Part shown: piece by piece, positions 27,297-49,300 of the stretch
Layout: the number at the start of each line of letters is the position of its first letter
Position numbering within the stretch: the stretch's first letter is position 1
Assembly: GCF_030144855.1 (NCBI RefSeq)
Contig: NC_082719.1
Coordinates: 81,716,001-81,780,000 of the forward strand
DNA length: 64,000 bases
Reading direction: 5' to 3'
DNA from: Hypanus sabinus
Taxonomy: Eukaryota
The notes under the pieces: generated by a model
Databases searched by the model: none
Seen by the model: only the letters and a program-made list of their open reading frames with translations
What the model was told of the DNA's origin: nothing
Program-made: the position numbers and the translations under genes

Positions 27297-27772
27297 CACT
27301 CAGTGGCTCCCTCCTGTACCTGATAAAGTAGCCATATTGTGCGTTCAGAGATGCTCTTCTGCACATCACTAATGAAACATGTGGTTATTTCAGTTATCGC
27401 CATCCTTATGGTAGCATGAACCAATCTTGCCATTCTCCTCTGATCTCTCTCAGTAGCAAGGCGTTTTTGCACACAGAACAACCGCTCACTGGATTTTCAT
27501 GCACAGAACTGCTGCTCGCTCCCTTGCACCATTCTCTGTGAACTCTAGAGATTGCTTTGTGTGAAAATCCCAGGAGAGCAGCAGTTTCAGAGATACTCAA
27601 ACCACCCCCTCTGGCACAAACAGTAATTCCATGATCAGTCACTTGGATCATATTTCTTCCGTATTCTAATGTTTGGTCTGAATCTCTTGACCATATCAAC
27701 ATGAATGGCTGATGAGATATTTACATTAACAAGCAGTTGTATAGGTATACCTAATGAGGTGGCCATGGAGTG
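27297..27772 (-). mobile_element. Non-autonomous Tc1-like element (copy 1)
   Basis: Degenerate TIRs cactcagtggc... / ...cctaatgaggtggccatggagtg; transposase HTH remnant GLSISETAALLGFSHKAISRVHREW. Confidence 0.8.
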
Positions 27773-29472
27773 GACATCTCTTCTAGTTGTCTTTGGTCAC
27801 CTAGAAATTTGGCTTGGTATTGGCATGTTATTGTCACATGTGCCAAGATACAATGAAAAGGTTCCTTGCATAGAGTTCATACGGAGCATCGATGGAGAAC
27901 AACGTAACACAGTAACAATGCAGAATAAAGTGTAAAAGCTACAGAGAAAATGCAAGTAAGCAAAGTGCAAGATCATAATGAGGCAGACTGTGTGGTCAAT
28001 AGTTAATTTTATTGCACAAGAGGTCAGTTCAAGACTCTGATGACAGTGGGATAGAAGCTGTCCTTGAGCCTGGTGGTACATGATAATGTATCTTCTGCCC
28101 AATGGGAGAGGGGAGAAGAGAGAATGTCTGGGTGGGTGGGGTCTTTGATTATGCTGGCTGCTTTACTGAGGCAGTGGGAACTATAGTCAGAGTCCATAGA
28201 GGGAAGGCTGGTTTCTGGTGTGCTGTGCTGTGTCTACAATTCTCACATGCAGAGCAGTTACCAGACCAAACCGTTATGTATGTGTTCTACAGTGCATTGA
28301 TAAAAAGTGGTAAGGGTCCTCTATAGCCTCTTGAGGAAGCAGAATCATTGGTAAGCATTTTTGGTTGTGCTATCAGTATGGTTGGGCCAGGACAGACTAC
28401 TGAGGTTGTTCTCAACATGCAGTCTTCTCAGTTTCAACACTGTTGATGTGGACATGCACTGCGCCCCCCCCCCCCCACCCAACCTTTGGAAGTCAATAAC
28501 CAACTCCACTTCTGGGTTTGAGCCACCCCTGTGCTTCTGATTCAATTATCAGGTCAGAGCAACACACACAAAATGCTGAAAGAACTCAGCAGGCCAGTCA
28601 GCATCTATGGAAAAGAGTACAGTCAATGCTTCCGACTGAGTCCTACTGAAGGACTCCCCTTTAACCCCCCCCCCCCACCATCGATCCAAATCACATAAGT
28701 TCGATTTGCTGATCCACTACGTCACACCCACAATTTTTTTGACAATCCATTCCACCTTCTTCTGCACTATCAACATTTCGATTCCCCCATCCCAAACTGG
28801 TCACCAACCTCCCTTTTCTTCCAAAGTGCCTGCCTCCTACTCCCTACCCTCAACTGTAATCTGCCATCTTCCTCCACTACCACCACCTTACACGCAGCAG
28901 AATGCCAAAGTTATCCACCACATCCCCCTCCCCAACCCACTTCCTCAATATAAGCTGCTCCAGCTGTCCAAACCAGCCGGTGCCCAGCTGAAGCTTTCTC
29001 TCCCCACCCACCCCTCCCCCAGCTCAGATGGCACCCGTTAGGATGCCCTAAAGTTTCTACATCGATTCATAGAGGAGTACAGCATAGAAACAGCCTCTTC
29101 AGCTCGCCAAGTCTACATTGGCCATCAACTACTCACTTACAATAATCCTACATTAATCTCATTCTATTCTCCCTACTTACAGCACTCCACTGTAGTGTAA
29201 CAGTTAGTGCAATCACTTTACGGTCCCAGTGACCGCCATTCCTGCCGCTGTCTGTAAGGAGTTTGCACGTCCTCCCCATGACCACGTGGGTTTCCTCCAG
29301 ATGCTCCAGTTTCCTCCCGTATTCCAAAGACATACAGTGAGGGTTAGGGTTAGTAACGTGTAGGCATGCTGGTGCCAGAAGTGCAGCGACACCTGCAACC
29401 TGCCCAGTTCAATCCACGGACTGCACTGGTCTTTGACACAAACTGATGCATTTCACTGCATGATTCATTGTA

Positions 29473-30002
29473 CACTCAGTGGCCACTTTATTAGGTACAG
29501 GAGTGGAACCCAGTGTGGTCCTCTGCTGCTGTAGCCCATCCACTTCAAGGTATGGCATGTTGTGCACTCAGAGATGCACTGTAGTTGTATTGTGTGGTTA
29601 CTTGTGTTACTATCACCTTCCTATCAGCCTGAAACGGACTGAGCATTCTCCTCTGACCTCTCCCATTAACAAGGCATCTTTTGCCCACAGAACTGCCACT
29701 CACTGGATGTTTTTTTTTTGCTTTTCACACCCTTCTCTGTAAACTCTAGCAACAGATGTGCACAAAAATCTTGGGATATCAGCAGCCTCTGAGATATTCA
29801 AACTACCTCATCTGATACCAACAATTATTCAGTCACTTAGATCATATTTCATGCTTATTTTGAGGTTTGGTCAAAACAACAACTGAACCACTTGACCATG
29901 TCTGCATGTTTTTATGCACTGAATTGCTGGCCCATGATTTGCTGATTAGATATTTGCATTAACAAGGTGTACAGGTATACCTAATAAAGTGGCCAATGAG
30001 TG
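29473..30002 (-). mobile_element. Non-autonomous Tc1-like element (copy 2)
   Basis: 27-bp TIRs cactcagtggccactttattaggtaca (25/27), TA duplication both sides, homologous to 27297-27772. Confidence 0.9.
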
Positions 30003-31768
30003 TATTTGTGGCAAGCAAAGCTAATTTTCTTTCCCTTCATCTCCTCCCAGATTCTGTTGCTCATCTGTGGCCAATTAACCTATTCAACATGCACATGTTC
30101 TGGATGTGGGAGCGTGCAAGCTCAATACAAGCAAAGCTCCACAGCGCTGTGAGGCGCTGTTCACAAAGTACACGTGCAGAGGGCCTACCATCATGTAGCA
30201 GCCATCTGGGTAACAAAGATTCACCCTTTTCGATTTTATAAACCTTTACCTAAAAAAATTAAGATATGGAATTAACTTTGCTCGACAGTATTTACATGCA
30301 AAAAAAAGCACAAAATTCATTTTCCACAACTTGCATTTTCTCGATGCACGTACAGATGACAAAGCTTTTACAAAAATATCTCAACGTAGAGCATTTTCTG
30401 GGAACGCAATCCTCCAGTAATGCACGGTTTCCTGTATTTTTTAAATTTTCATATTTCATATATTAACTCCACATATATCATACATTAGGTTTTCAGTGCT
30501 GGAGGAGTTGTTCAGGCTTAGCATGCTATTAAAGACTCGCTAACACCTCATTCAATATGATTTAATCAATTCTTTCACCTTTACAGCAAGAGTAACGCAG
30601 TTATTCTTGATTTTCATTTTAAAATGCCTTTAAAGCTAATTCAAAGTGATGGTACCATTTCAACTGGAAACCAAACTATTGCTAACATGTCATGAAAGAA
30701 ACACTAAGCATGAGATGCAGTTGTTACAGTCATTCAGCTGATAATCTTCCATATGCATCTCATTCTATAGTGTGTCCTCAGCCTGTGAAGACGTACAGGC
30801 CTGTGACTTTCCTCAACATTATCGATGGAGAGTTCAAATATAAAATGAAACAACAACTCCTAAATGGTCCATAATCAGGACATAAATTTGCGATTTTATT
30901 ACAGATTTAACAAGGACATTGTTTTTATCATTGTGACATTGTCTCGGGACAAGAGTAATTTAGAGGAACCCATTGTTTTTGTGTCAATCAACAAACTTGT
31001 AAAACTTTCCATGGATGGCCACAAGGCTGAGCTCATGAATTCACCTCTGCTCAATTCCAAACTGCATGGCCCATCCCTGAGCAGTGCATAGACAGAGCAA
31101 CGCAAGGTTGTTCTCAGGCTTCGGATATTATAGCATAGTCCCATTATAGCACATCAGTTTTTGGCCATCTGCCTTTAGGTTCTGAGCTGGTTCACGGCAG
31201 TTCGGGGGGTACAATTCTTCTCTCCCTTGCTCTGCCATTTGACCTTGTCAAGAGCAAACACAATTGCCTGTGGATATTTGTGGTAATAATATAGGCAAAC
31301 TGTCTTGTGATGAGTAAGTCCTGTATGGCTTCAGGTGTTTAATACAGTAGCTTGACTCCATTATCAGGCTGCTGGCATGCTCTGTTTATTGCTTGCTGCC
31401 TCCTTGGCTGGCAACAACTCTCCAGTCAGGATGTACAAGCTTTAAATACAAGAAATTCTGCAGATGCTGGAAATTTAAAGCAATGCACACAAGATGCTGG
31501 ATAAACTCAGCAGGTCAGGCAGCATCTATGGAAATGAATAAACAGTCAACGTTTCTGGCTGAGTCCTTCCTTCAAGACATGAAAGTTTATGACATCTATT
31601 GGATTATATCAAACAGTGATAATTCTACAGTTGATTCTGCATTGCTTGTTTGAAACATTCACACATAAGGTGAGAATACAGCTTTGGAATAACTTAAGTA
31701 GAGGGTGATGTCCTAACTGTGGGCAAGTGTGCCCCCCATTTTCAGATCTCTAATTTTCTGGATATTAT

Positions 31769-31774
31769 TTTATT
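31769..31774 (-). promoter_or_regulatory. Candidate HINT2 polyadenylation signal AATAAA
   Basis: tttatt on + strand ~270 nt downstream of the HINT2 stop. Confidence 0.5.
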
Positions 31775-32044
31775 GTATTTCTTAAACCTACAGAAACTTG
31801 AAGGGTTGGTGATTATGCAGCTTTAAATGTAATAGCAACAGGATTCCTGTTACAAAGTGATAAAACATATGAGAACGTTTTTTTAAAAGCAAGTGGATAC
31901 AATTTCAGCATTACTTTGTAAAGTGTGTCTTCTAATCTGGTCAGAATCTTATTTCCATAAGAAGTAAATCCAATAAAATATTTAACAGACTGAAGGACTA
32001 ACTCAGATCACAGTGACAGGAGACCAGTTCTGTCGCACATTCTT

Positions 32045-39541
<7,497 letters not shown>

Positions 39542-40564
39542 TCTGCAAGCCTACCTCCGAGCAGACTTGCGGACCGGACCCTTTATCCGCAAGCAGCTCC
39601 TGGTTGGTTAATTTAAGCCATGTGGCTTGAACCAGTGCGCAAGAGCGGTAGTCAACGATATGGGTAAATAGAAGTTCAATGGTGCCAATACAATGTAGAT
39701 AAAATTTCATGCACTTGGTAAATAAAATGAAATGCAGTAAATGAGTCAGGTAGAAGGAAATGATGTAATGTTAATTTTGTACAATTTTATGTTTGTGCAA
39801 ATGTATCTGTCACCTTCTAGCTAGTCCTCCTTCCCCTACCCCCACCTTTTTATTCTGGCGTCTTCCCCCTTCCTTTCCTGAAGAAGGGTCTCGGCCTAAA
39901 ACGTCAACTTTTTATTCATTTCTATAGATGCTGCTAGACCTGCTGAGTTCCACCAGCATTTAGTGTGTGTTGTATATCTGATGCTATGTGCCCAAACAAA
40001 TTCTCATTTCACCTATGCGAACGTGTACTTGTGCATTTGACAATGAATTCGGCTTTCGTTTTAAGTGTAAATATAAGGGAAATACAGGAAACATTAGCAG
40101 GTCTGAATGCAGAAACAGCATATCAGGTCTATTATTTGAATGTTCTGACATTCTTAGTAAATTCACAATGATGTCAAAATGATTACGAATGAACATTGTA
40201 TTTGAACAAAGCCTTATGAAAATAACAAAACGCGCCACATTTTTTCTAGTCTCATCAAACTACACTATACTATCTCATTCATGAGAAAAACAGATTCAAG
40301 GACGAGATGCAAATCATTCAGGATGAATCCTTACCCTAACACCTGTGTGTAAAGACCACAGAAATCAGACCTTTACCCTGGTAGGTAAAATAATACAGTT
40401 ACATTAAACTAAACAGTGGAACAAACCAACAGATCAAGCTAAGGCAGATAAAGTTTAAGACATACCTGAATGACCCCAGAGAATCATTAATAACATTTAT
40501 AAGGAGTGAAAACAAATAAAATGAATTTAAAAGATGGTATGATGATGCTCATCAGAATACAAGT

Positions 40565-41030
40565 CCATAAGATAATTAACAGAATCGGGCCATACAAAGG
40601 CTTCTCCACCAATTAATCATGGTCATTTTTTTCCCCAATCCCATTCTCTTGTCCTCTCCATTTGATCTTAACTCCCTCACCAATCAAGAATTTATCAACC
40701 TTTGCCTTAAATGACTTGGTCTGCAGAGTCCTCTGTGGCAGATAATTCCAGGAATTCACAACCTGCTGGCTGAAGAAACTCCTTTTCATCCATTTTAATG
40801 CCTCTTTATTCTGAGGACGTGCCCTCAGCGATAATGTTTCCATTAGTATGTCTATGATTCATTTCCACTTTATCTGGACCTTTCAATATCCTGGAGGTTT
40901 CAGTGAGATTCCCCCTTCATTCTTCTGAACGCCATCCAAAGCAGGCCCAAGCCATCAAAGCAGCCCCCTCATATGATAAGCCTGGAATTGTTCTTGTGAA
41001 CAACTTCTGGACCCTCTCCAAGATCTGCAC
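40565..41030 (-). mobile_element. CR1 LINE 3' fragment
   Basis: MKRSFFSQQVVNSWNYLPQ...FKAKVDKFL on - strand. Confidence 0.7.
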
Positions 41031-41044
41031 ACCTGTCCAGGTCC

Positions 41045-41300
41045 AGCACAGTAGCATAGTGGTTAGCACCACACTGTATAGTACACAGGTGACCCAGGTT
41101 CAATCCCCACCACGTCTAGTAAGGAGCTTGTATATTCTCCTCGTGACTGTGTGGGTTTCCTCCCACAGTCCAAAGATGTATCGGTTAATTGGTCAGTGTA
41201 AATTATCCTGTGATTAGGATCAGATTAAAACATTAGGGGATTGCTGGACAGCAATATTCAAAGGGCCAGAAGGGCCTATTCCTCACTGTATGTCAATAAA
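41045..41300 (+). mobile_element. Near full-length V-SINE (tRNA-derived head)
   Basis: A-box tagcatagtgg, B-box ggttcaatcc, V-domain, CR1-like tail. Confidence 0.8.
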
Positions 41301-41692
41301 CAAAAACAAAATACACCAAATATGGGGCCCAAAATTGCTCACAGTATTCCAAATGCAATCGGACCAATGGCTTCTGTACCTCGCAGCAGTGTCATACTTC
41401 AAGCAGCCTGCCATCTAGTGTTAACAATTCAGTTTAACAGTAAAATTCCTTTACAGCACTGTCTGAAGATTGGAGTTCTAATAGTTCCTAGCCAAATGTG
41501 TACTGTATTAACTGCAATCTTTGGAATATTTGACACATTTAAAAGAGGTCCATAAAATACTTAATGGCTCCCTGATTTAAGATGGTCCTGATATAGAATT
41601 TAAGCCCTGAATCATACCTCTTATTGTAATTAGGTTTAGTTACGCAAAATGTTCCAAGTATTAAACATAAACTTTGACAATTATTAAATAGT

Positions 41693-41698
41693 TTTATT
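41693..41698 (-). promoter_or_regulatory. Candidate TAF1C polyadenylation signal AATAAA
   Basis: tttatt on + strand ~340 nt past the stop codon in AT-rich 3'UTR-like sequence. Confidence 0.45.
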
Positions 41699-42037
41699 GC
41701 AAATAAGTTCTTTTTAAAAATGCAGGGAGAGAAAAAGTTTGCACTTGCATACATATTTCATATTTTATAAAAACATTCAAATCACAATTTAGTTATAATT
41801 TTGGCCCAGAAGGAAACACAATTGTCTGCAAGACAAAAATTGTTGAATCAACTTTATCTTTTTTTTAAGTCATAAATGTTCTTTGAGTGTAAAGTAACCA
41901 GTATGAAGATAAAACATCAGCAGCATTATGGTGGAAATTTCTAAAAATCCCACAAGAATTGTTTCACAAAATAAATGATTGATTTAAATAAATATTTGTT
42001 TCAAATGCGTTGCAGACTTCAACATATCACAATGTTT

Positions 42038-43344
42038 CTAAAATCCCATTCTGGCTCTTTTCCTTTTTGGCTGAGATGATCCAGGCTGACTTCGAAGCAT
42101 TGGAAGGAAGGACATTTCACTAGTGGATGCCATTTGTAAAGAACCAACATGTGACAATTGTGTAGAGATAGCTAACGGTAATGACCCATCTATTCCATCA
42201 TCTCCTTGAGCAGATTGGGGTGGAAGATCTTCTAGTGCAGCTAAGTAATTTTGAAGAATTCTCTTTCTTTCCTTAGGAATACTGACCAGTTGCCTTTCTT
42301 GTGGAAATGTGGGTGTTGGTGGTTGATTTTGTTCTACTACAGACACACTGGATTGAAGATCCACTTCTTGTCCAAAATTTTCATTAACTATCTGATTTGA
42401 TACTTCTAGAGATTTTTTAGACAGAACATTACTCTCTGCACCAGATAAATAGTCACTTTGTTCTGAATCCAGCACAGAAGACCTACTCCAACCTGAAAAA
42501 TCACTGAAGTCTGACAAATTAGACACTGAGGATGTGAAGCTCCCTGACAGTTCTCTGCGTCGTCCTGCTCGAGATAACTTTTCCAGTCGTCTTCTTGCTC
42601 GCAAAGCTCGGACCTTTTTGTCCCGGTTTACATCTAATTTTTCTGCCCACCAGTCATTCCACTTACCCTCCCATGATGCTGTAAGTCTTTCACTCAATTC
42701 ATCCCTCCACACTGAGGGATCCACAACATCTGGAACACTCACAGGATCAAGTATTGGAAAAGTATTTTGGCAAAGCACTTGCTTTCTTTGCATAACCACT
42801 TTCATTTTATTCCACATTTCTTTGTATGTGTCATTTAATTCATTATCGTTCAAAAATGTTTTATGTGAGAACAGGCGCTTTGTACTGATGACAGAATGCT
42901 TCTGTGGCTCTTCACAACCATTTCGAAATTTCTGTTGCTTTTTTAAGAATGAGTTCATCCACCTTCTACACATGACAAGAGTAGCAGAACTGGGTGTTAA
43001 AGGTGTTTTAGTACTCTGCTTGATCGATGACTGGAATCTCGGTTTGTCTACTGCCCTCAGTGAAGAGGCTTCTTCCTGCCTTTCACTTCCACCTGGTATT
43101 AAATCTTGTGCTTCATCATGACTTGGTTCTGTACCACAGTTTACTGACTGTACCCTTTCACCCACAGTAGCGCTGTTTGGTTCATGTTCACTTTCAGCTA
43201 TCGTTCCTGACTCTTTCAAAGTCCTTTTCCCATTAGCAGACAAGTTCTGAGGGATGAGTGTCTGGTAAAATAGGTCTCCTGCTGCAGATAGCTGAAACAC
43301 TGACAGTGTCTTTTTGCCACGAGTGTGGTAAAGTGTCGCAAGTC
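42038..43344 (-). CDS. TAF1C: TAF1C terminal coding exon 14 (LATLY...FQLSAAGDLFYQ...KRKRARMGF*)
   Basis: ttctgcag| acceptor; contains the 420-aa track ORF; 1307 nt to TAG. Confidence 0.95.
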
Positions 43345-46300
43345 CTGCAGAACAAATGTAAATTTAAAATGGTGCTTCTTTTCCCCCCTCGTAAAATATG
43401 TAGCTAACCACAAATTATTTCAGTACCCTTTTACTTTAATGTTGCTCCGCAACACATTATATTCACCTGGGACTTCTCCAGCAGCACAGTAGGTTACCGC
43501 AAGAGAAACTATGTGTCCTTCCATTGCTGCAGTGAAGTATTTATTACCCCAATGCGTTTTTTTAAATTTCAAAAACATTTTTTCGTGCTTTTATCTTAAT
43601 ACTTAAAATGTTAAATATATTACGAGCTGATAATTACATCATGCTTTGAGATTAGTCCCGAGTTAATTTCAGATACTTTTTAAAATAAAATCAGATCTCA
43701 CCTGCCCCAGCAGAGTGCAGTCTCTCAGCAACCATTTCATGTAAGTGAGGTCTCCTGACTGGCAGGTGTTGCATTATATCATAAATAGTGGAGAGTTTCT
43801 GTGGAGGCCCAAATGATTGGCAAGGCATCTGTGTCCCACCTAACAAAATAAAATTCAGAATAAATCACATTCCAGTATTACACTACATTTGTTGATTAAT
43901 TCCAGCCTTTCTCAAGGAATAAAACCAATTCCATAATCTTCTAGACAGAAATATGTGGAAGGAAAGTCCTTGTTGATGCAAATCTCCTCGAGAATCGAAT
44001 GCACTTTGAACTTTTCTGTCATCAAGAGAAACAACACATCTTCCCCACTTTCCCCTTGAAACTATGACAAGCTTTCCCCAATACCTTTCCCAGCCTCGCC
44101 TTGATTCCTTCTCCTCAACCACTGATGTACTTGACGAGCTTATCACAATCATTTCACTGTTTTCTTGATCAGAACATTTGGCTCTCTTGGAAGCCAGAAA
44201 GCAAAATGAAATGATTCAGTCTTCATCATATAAGCAACTACCAGGCTGTCTTCAAAATCAACAGATACATCTGTCCTTCAAACACTGACCCATTTTCTTA
44301 TTACAGCACTTGGCAGGTAATCATTGAGACTGGTGTCCACTTCTCCTGCGACTTAATTTGGATCAAAATCCATTTCTCCTACAAATTGAAGACAGTTTTG
44401 GCTAGAATCCTAAATTATACTTTGTGACTGTAATCACATTACCTCTTTCCATCCTCTCTGAAGCCTTTCATACAGAATTTCTACATCATCTTCCAATACT
44501 TCATTGTCCAGCCTGACTGTCATTTGATTCCATTCTTACCTACCAAACTTTAGTCAAACAATCACCAGCAATGGCAACATTTCCCATCCTTTCACCTACC
44601 ACTTTGGATGCTTCCCATTTATCACCATGGCACAGATGTCTAATATTAGACAATGACAGACAGCTCTTCCTTTCACCAGTTAATCTTACTATTTGTATGG
44701 TTTTCTTTAAAACCGTTTAAAATGCACAATTTCCAAACAATACCTGTTCAATAAATTTTAAAAGTATGCTTCAAATTCAAAAAATGAATCTGGTTGTGTT
44801 TGCCATTCTTTGGAGAGAGAATTTTAAGGATAGGTCCCTCCTGTATACGCCAAATAAAACATTCAATCATTCTCATGGATCTCTATGACCTCATTATTAG
44901 CATACTGTAAGCAAACAGTCATGTTCACCAACTATCATTAGCTGGAAGTTTCTAATCACCTGAATACTGCAGAAGTAACACCTCCTGAGTCCGTTGAGTT
45001 CCCAAAACAATCTTGTTTGTTCTGTTCCTTACTGCCCCATTGGCAATTTGTACAAACATTGGTGGTGAGTCCAAGGTGTGGTCCCATTTTAGAACAGGTA
45101 CAGTAGAGAATCGTTCATCAACAATGTAAACAGAATACTATATTTAAAAGAATATTCATTTAGTATTCAAGCAACATGTTCGAACACTGAATATCAGTTT
45201 CAAATCTTTCACAATCCAGAGAAAAAATTTCTGAACAGTTTATAACTTGACTCCATAAATGGCAGGGTGCAAAACTGAAAAGATTGCCAAGAAATCTGTC
45301 AAAATTTTGTACTATTCTTTTACTTCTGACTTCTGTTAAAGTTATTACCACAGCTTGATGTAAACATCAAAAGTGTTAGCAGGCTTCTCACTCACAAAGT
45401 GTGGCACAACACAATCTAATGTTTCCTCATGAAACATTAAAAATCAATATTCTATTTCTCAGAAACAGAACAAAAATCTGCACAAGCCAAAAGAAACGGT
45501 AAGTAAGTAAGGTAAATTTATCGAGATAGAAATGCTGGTTATGACATTTGAATCTATTTCTCTTCAATTATTGCATGCACTAAATTCATGACTGGAAAGT
45601 AATTAATTCAAAGTAACAAAATAATTTGGTAATAAAGAGATACGAATTCAAGTGACATAAAATAATAGTCACTTCAATTCACTTCTCTTTATTGCCAAAT
45701 TATTCTATGTTAGTTTGTATTTGCTTCTCAATCCTGAATTATTTTATCTCAGTTTAACTGGTAAACTCAAGCTGTGGTTCATAATCTGCTTTTAAAAAGT
45801 ATAAGCAATGTGTTTGTAAACTGATGGTCTCATTTGTGCATTTGATTTACTTGTCTGACATGCTTTTATAAAAAATTAAACAGACATAACTGTTAATACA
45901 CAAGACTAAATTACACAAACCTGTGTTGTAATTAGGTGATGGTATGGATTTACATCCCGTAGGTGTTTGGGAAGAATCACACGTTCACCTTTTTGGCAGT
46001 CAGCAGCAGCTCCTATCTTAAACAGGGTTTGGTTATAGCTTTCACCTGCCTACATGAATACATTAAAAAGAGTTTAATGATTTTGTTTCAAAACTTTGTT
46101 ATTGCTTTTATATTTTCTTTCAACAACAGGCTCATGATGTTAAGACCCAGTTATGACACTATTACTAACAATCCCTTTTCTGCCACTCATTTCCTGTAAC
46201 TTATTCTCCCTCACAGATCCATCAACTCCCTCCAATTCTACCATCAAACTATGCCAAGGTCAAACAAAGCAAATTATCTTCACTTTGTTTGGGATGTGGG

Positions 46301-49300
46301 AGGAAACCCAGATGGCCACAAATCCAAATCCATAGGACCCAAGATTAGATCAAACCTGGTTGAGTAAGACAGTAGTACTATCTACTGTGTCACCGTGACT
46401 CCTTGTGCATTACCAATACAGCTACTAAGACCAAGGTTTCATAGAAATACAGCATGAAAACATCTTCCTCCCCAAAGGAACTGGAAATTTAATTTACAAA
46501 TAGCTGCAAGCACATTTTATTACAGTCAAGCTGATTAATTTAAAAATACGACCTTACCCCTTTTTTAAAAAACATTCACACTTTGAAAAGATGCATTCTA
46601 ATTACTTGTATCTGATTTCAGCATTAAAATTGTAGTGCAAAAGGTGGGAGGTACAGGAGCCAGAAATAATCTAAATTCATAAATAGTTGATTTTTTTTTT
46701 GTAATGTTTGTACTTCTAGTTGCCACAACTTTGTTAAGTGTACTGTCTGTGAAGACCAAAATTAGATAAAGATTAAATTATTCCTTATGATGTTGATAAC
46801 AAAGTTATTTGGGCAGTAAAAACAATCCTGCATATAAATGTTCTAAACCTCAGTAACAACTCAGGTTGAGAATGTTGAGAAAGAACTAGAAAAAACAATG
46901 AAAAGCCATTACAATACAATATTCCTGAACCCAAGGGTTTTAAAACTATAATGAAATAAAATTTAAATATTTCTTACCCTCACATCAGTTAAGTCCAGTC
47001 CAGTTCTATCAGCATACATATACACCCGTGGGTGAGCTGTGAAGTCACACCACCTCCATGGTAACTGAGCATTGAAGTAGAGGTTCTCTGTTTCCTTTCT
47101 TATTTTCTGAAGGCTAAGGTATTAACAAAAAGGTAATATTAAAGTGTTAAAGGGATCCTGGCATGTAAATCAGTCTACCAATCCAACCTTAAGTTTTACA
47201 AAACATGCAGACATCTATGAACAAATCCAAACTTCAGTAAACAGTGTACATACCCTTTGTTGAGGAAATATACTACAATTTAGTTACTCTAGCCTAGAAC
47301 TTCATATTTATTCAAAAAGACAGGAGAATATATAATCTCCCCCAACAAAAATCATCAAAAAAAGGACCAATCACAGGGAGCTGAGCAAATTAATCAGCTT
47401 TCCAAGACCTGGTCAAACCAAAAAAAACTATAGATTTGATAGATATCAGAACTATATGCTATCTATTTTTAAAATACAGATCCAAAATTACATCTGAAGT
47501 TGACACATCATAAATTAGAAGCTATTGTGCTTTGCATGTATTATTTTATATGTAATCCAGTATGTAATTATACATAACTCATAAATGCCTCTTCAATACT
47601 ACAAGTTAAAGTCACGAGAAAAGGTAACAGAATAAGCTAGTAACATAACTGAAACTTGAGAGAAAATAGTCTTCAATTTTCTCCCTTAAAAATGGGAATC
47701 GATTTACTATTTTAACCGAATGTACAACTAGGAACAAAAGGACTCAAAGATTTGCTGTTAAAACCATCGTGATTGCTTTTACAAAAGAAGCTATTAATAG
47801 GATTAACTGGTTTCTGAGGAGGCACTACTGATCATCAACATAAAAAACATGGTACTCTATCACAATCAGATTTATTATCACTAACATCAAAGGAAATTTA
47901 TTTTTTTAATGGAAGCAGTAAAGTGCAAGACATAAAATCACTATAAATTACAAAACAATTTAAATGCAAACGAGGAATAGAGGGGGAGTGCTCATGGGTC
48001 ATTCAGGAATCTGACGGCAGAGGGGAAACAAAGCTGTTACTAAAATGTTGAGTATGGGTCTTCAAGCTACTCAGTGGTAGTAAAGAGAGAGGGCATTTCG
48101 CAGATGGTGAGGATCTATAATAATGGATTACCACCTACTTGAGGCACTTATGGGGAGGGTTGTGACCATGATGGAGCTAAGTCTACAAGCTAAATATATT
48201 ACTAAATCTGGCTTTTCAATAATTCTTTTCAGTCCACCCATTCCCAACATTCATCCTTTGCTGCTTATATAGTTAACATAGAACTTGTAGTTTTAATAAC
48301 TCATTTCCTATCAAAACACACATTGTGATTGGTATGCATTTATTTGAATTGAAAGTATAAAAGAAGCCTGCAGCTCCAAATGAAAAGGAAAGATTTTGCT
48401 ATCTATTCATTTTCAGGAACTTTCAGAGTACATTTGCATTTACCCTTTGTCCAGGACCCAAAGATAGGCAGCTCCACACTCACTGGCAATTACCAGCTCT
48501 CCAGGCACATGAGGGCTGAGATAAAAGAATAAATGATTATAGCTAAAAGATTTCAGCACTGCAATGTATTAAGCCCTATAACTTCTACAAGAATTTAACA
48601 TGGTAAAATTAAAAAGCAGTCAAGGGAAATGTTTTAACTTTTATTTTTTAAATAAGAGAAAAAACTTACAGCCAAATTGCATTTTACTAAGTCTTAACTT
48701 AATCCCACTCTGCTTCTCTTTTCATAAATTTCACTTAGAAAAGCTAAGAAAATACAAAGGTAACAAACACACTGCATGTAGAAGAATCATTCGACCTTAA
48801 GAACCCAACATAAATTGTAGAACTGCTGAAATTGTAACCAAAATTATTCCATTGTAGTTTATGCAAAAGGAAAAAAAATCAGTTACAGAATAAGCACTGA
48901 TTGAGAGGAAACACTCAAGTTTCTATTAAGGTACTCTTGGATTCTGGTGTTTAAATCCACAGTCAGGAACAAAGTATAAATCTTATTGCTTCACAATTGT
49001 TTTATTAAGAATTAATAGAACAAAGAGAATAGGGACAGAACAGTGATGGGGTCTTACTACTTGAAGAAGGGAGGAACTAAAGATGCCACCTAGCATATAA
49101 CAGCTACTTTTATTACCAGAGATAAGAAAATTCCATAGATAATAATCCAATTAGAAAATACCTATTCAATGCTGTAATAAAATTAACCAATGAGAAAACA
49201 GTTATTCATTTAATGAAAGAAAAAAGCACCTTTAGCTCTATACTTTGTATAACCACTAAAGGCATCGTAAACTTTTTAGGGATATATAAAGGCTACTTAA

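Noticed and set aside
41045-41110. tRNA-like A/B boxes
   Set aside because: Head of a V-SINE; no cloverleaf.
42534-43121. 195-aa + strand ORF
   Set aside because: Antisense shadow of TAF1C exon 14; no recognisable motifs.
44169-44229. Possible intronic C/D snoRNA (ATGATGA...CTGA on - strand, TAF1C intron 12)
   Set aside because: Only ~60 nt, weak terminal stem and no recognisable rRNA-complementary guide.
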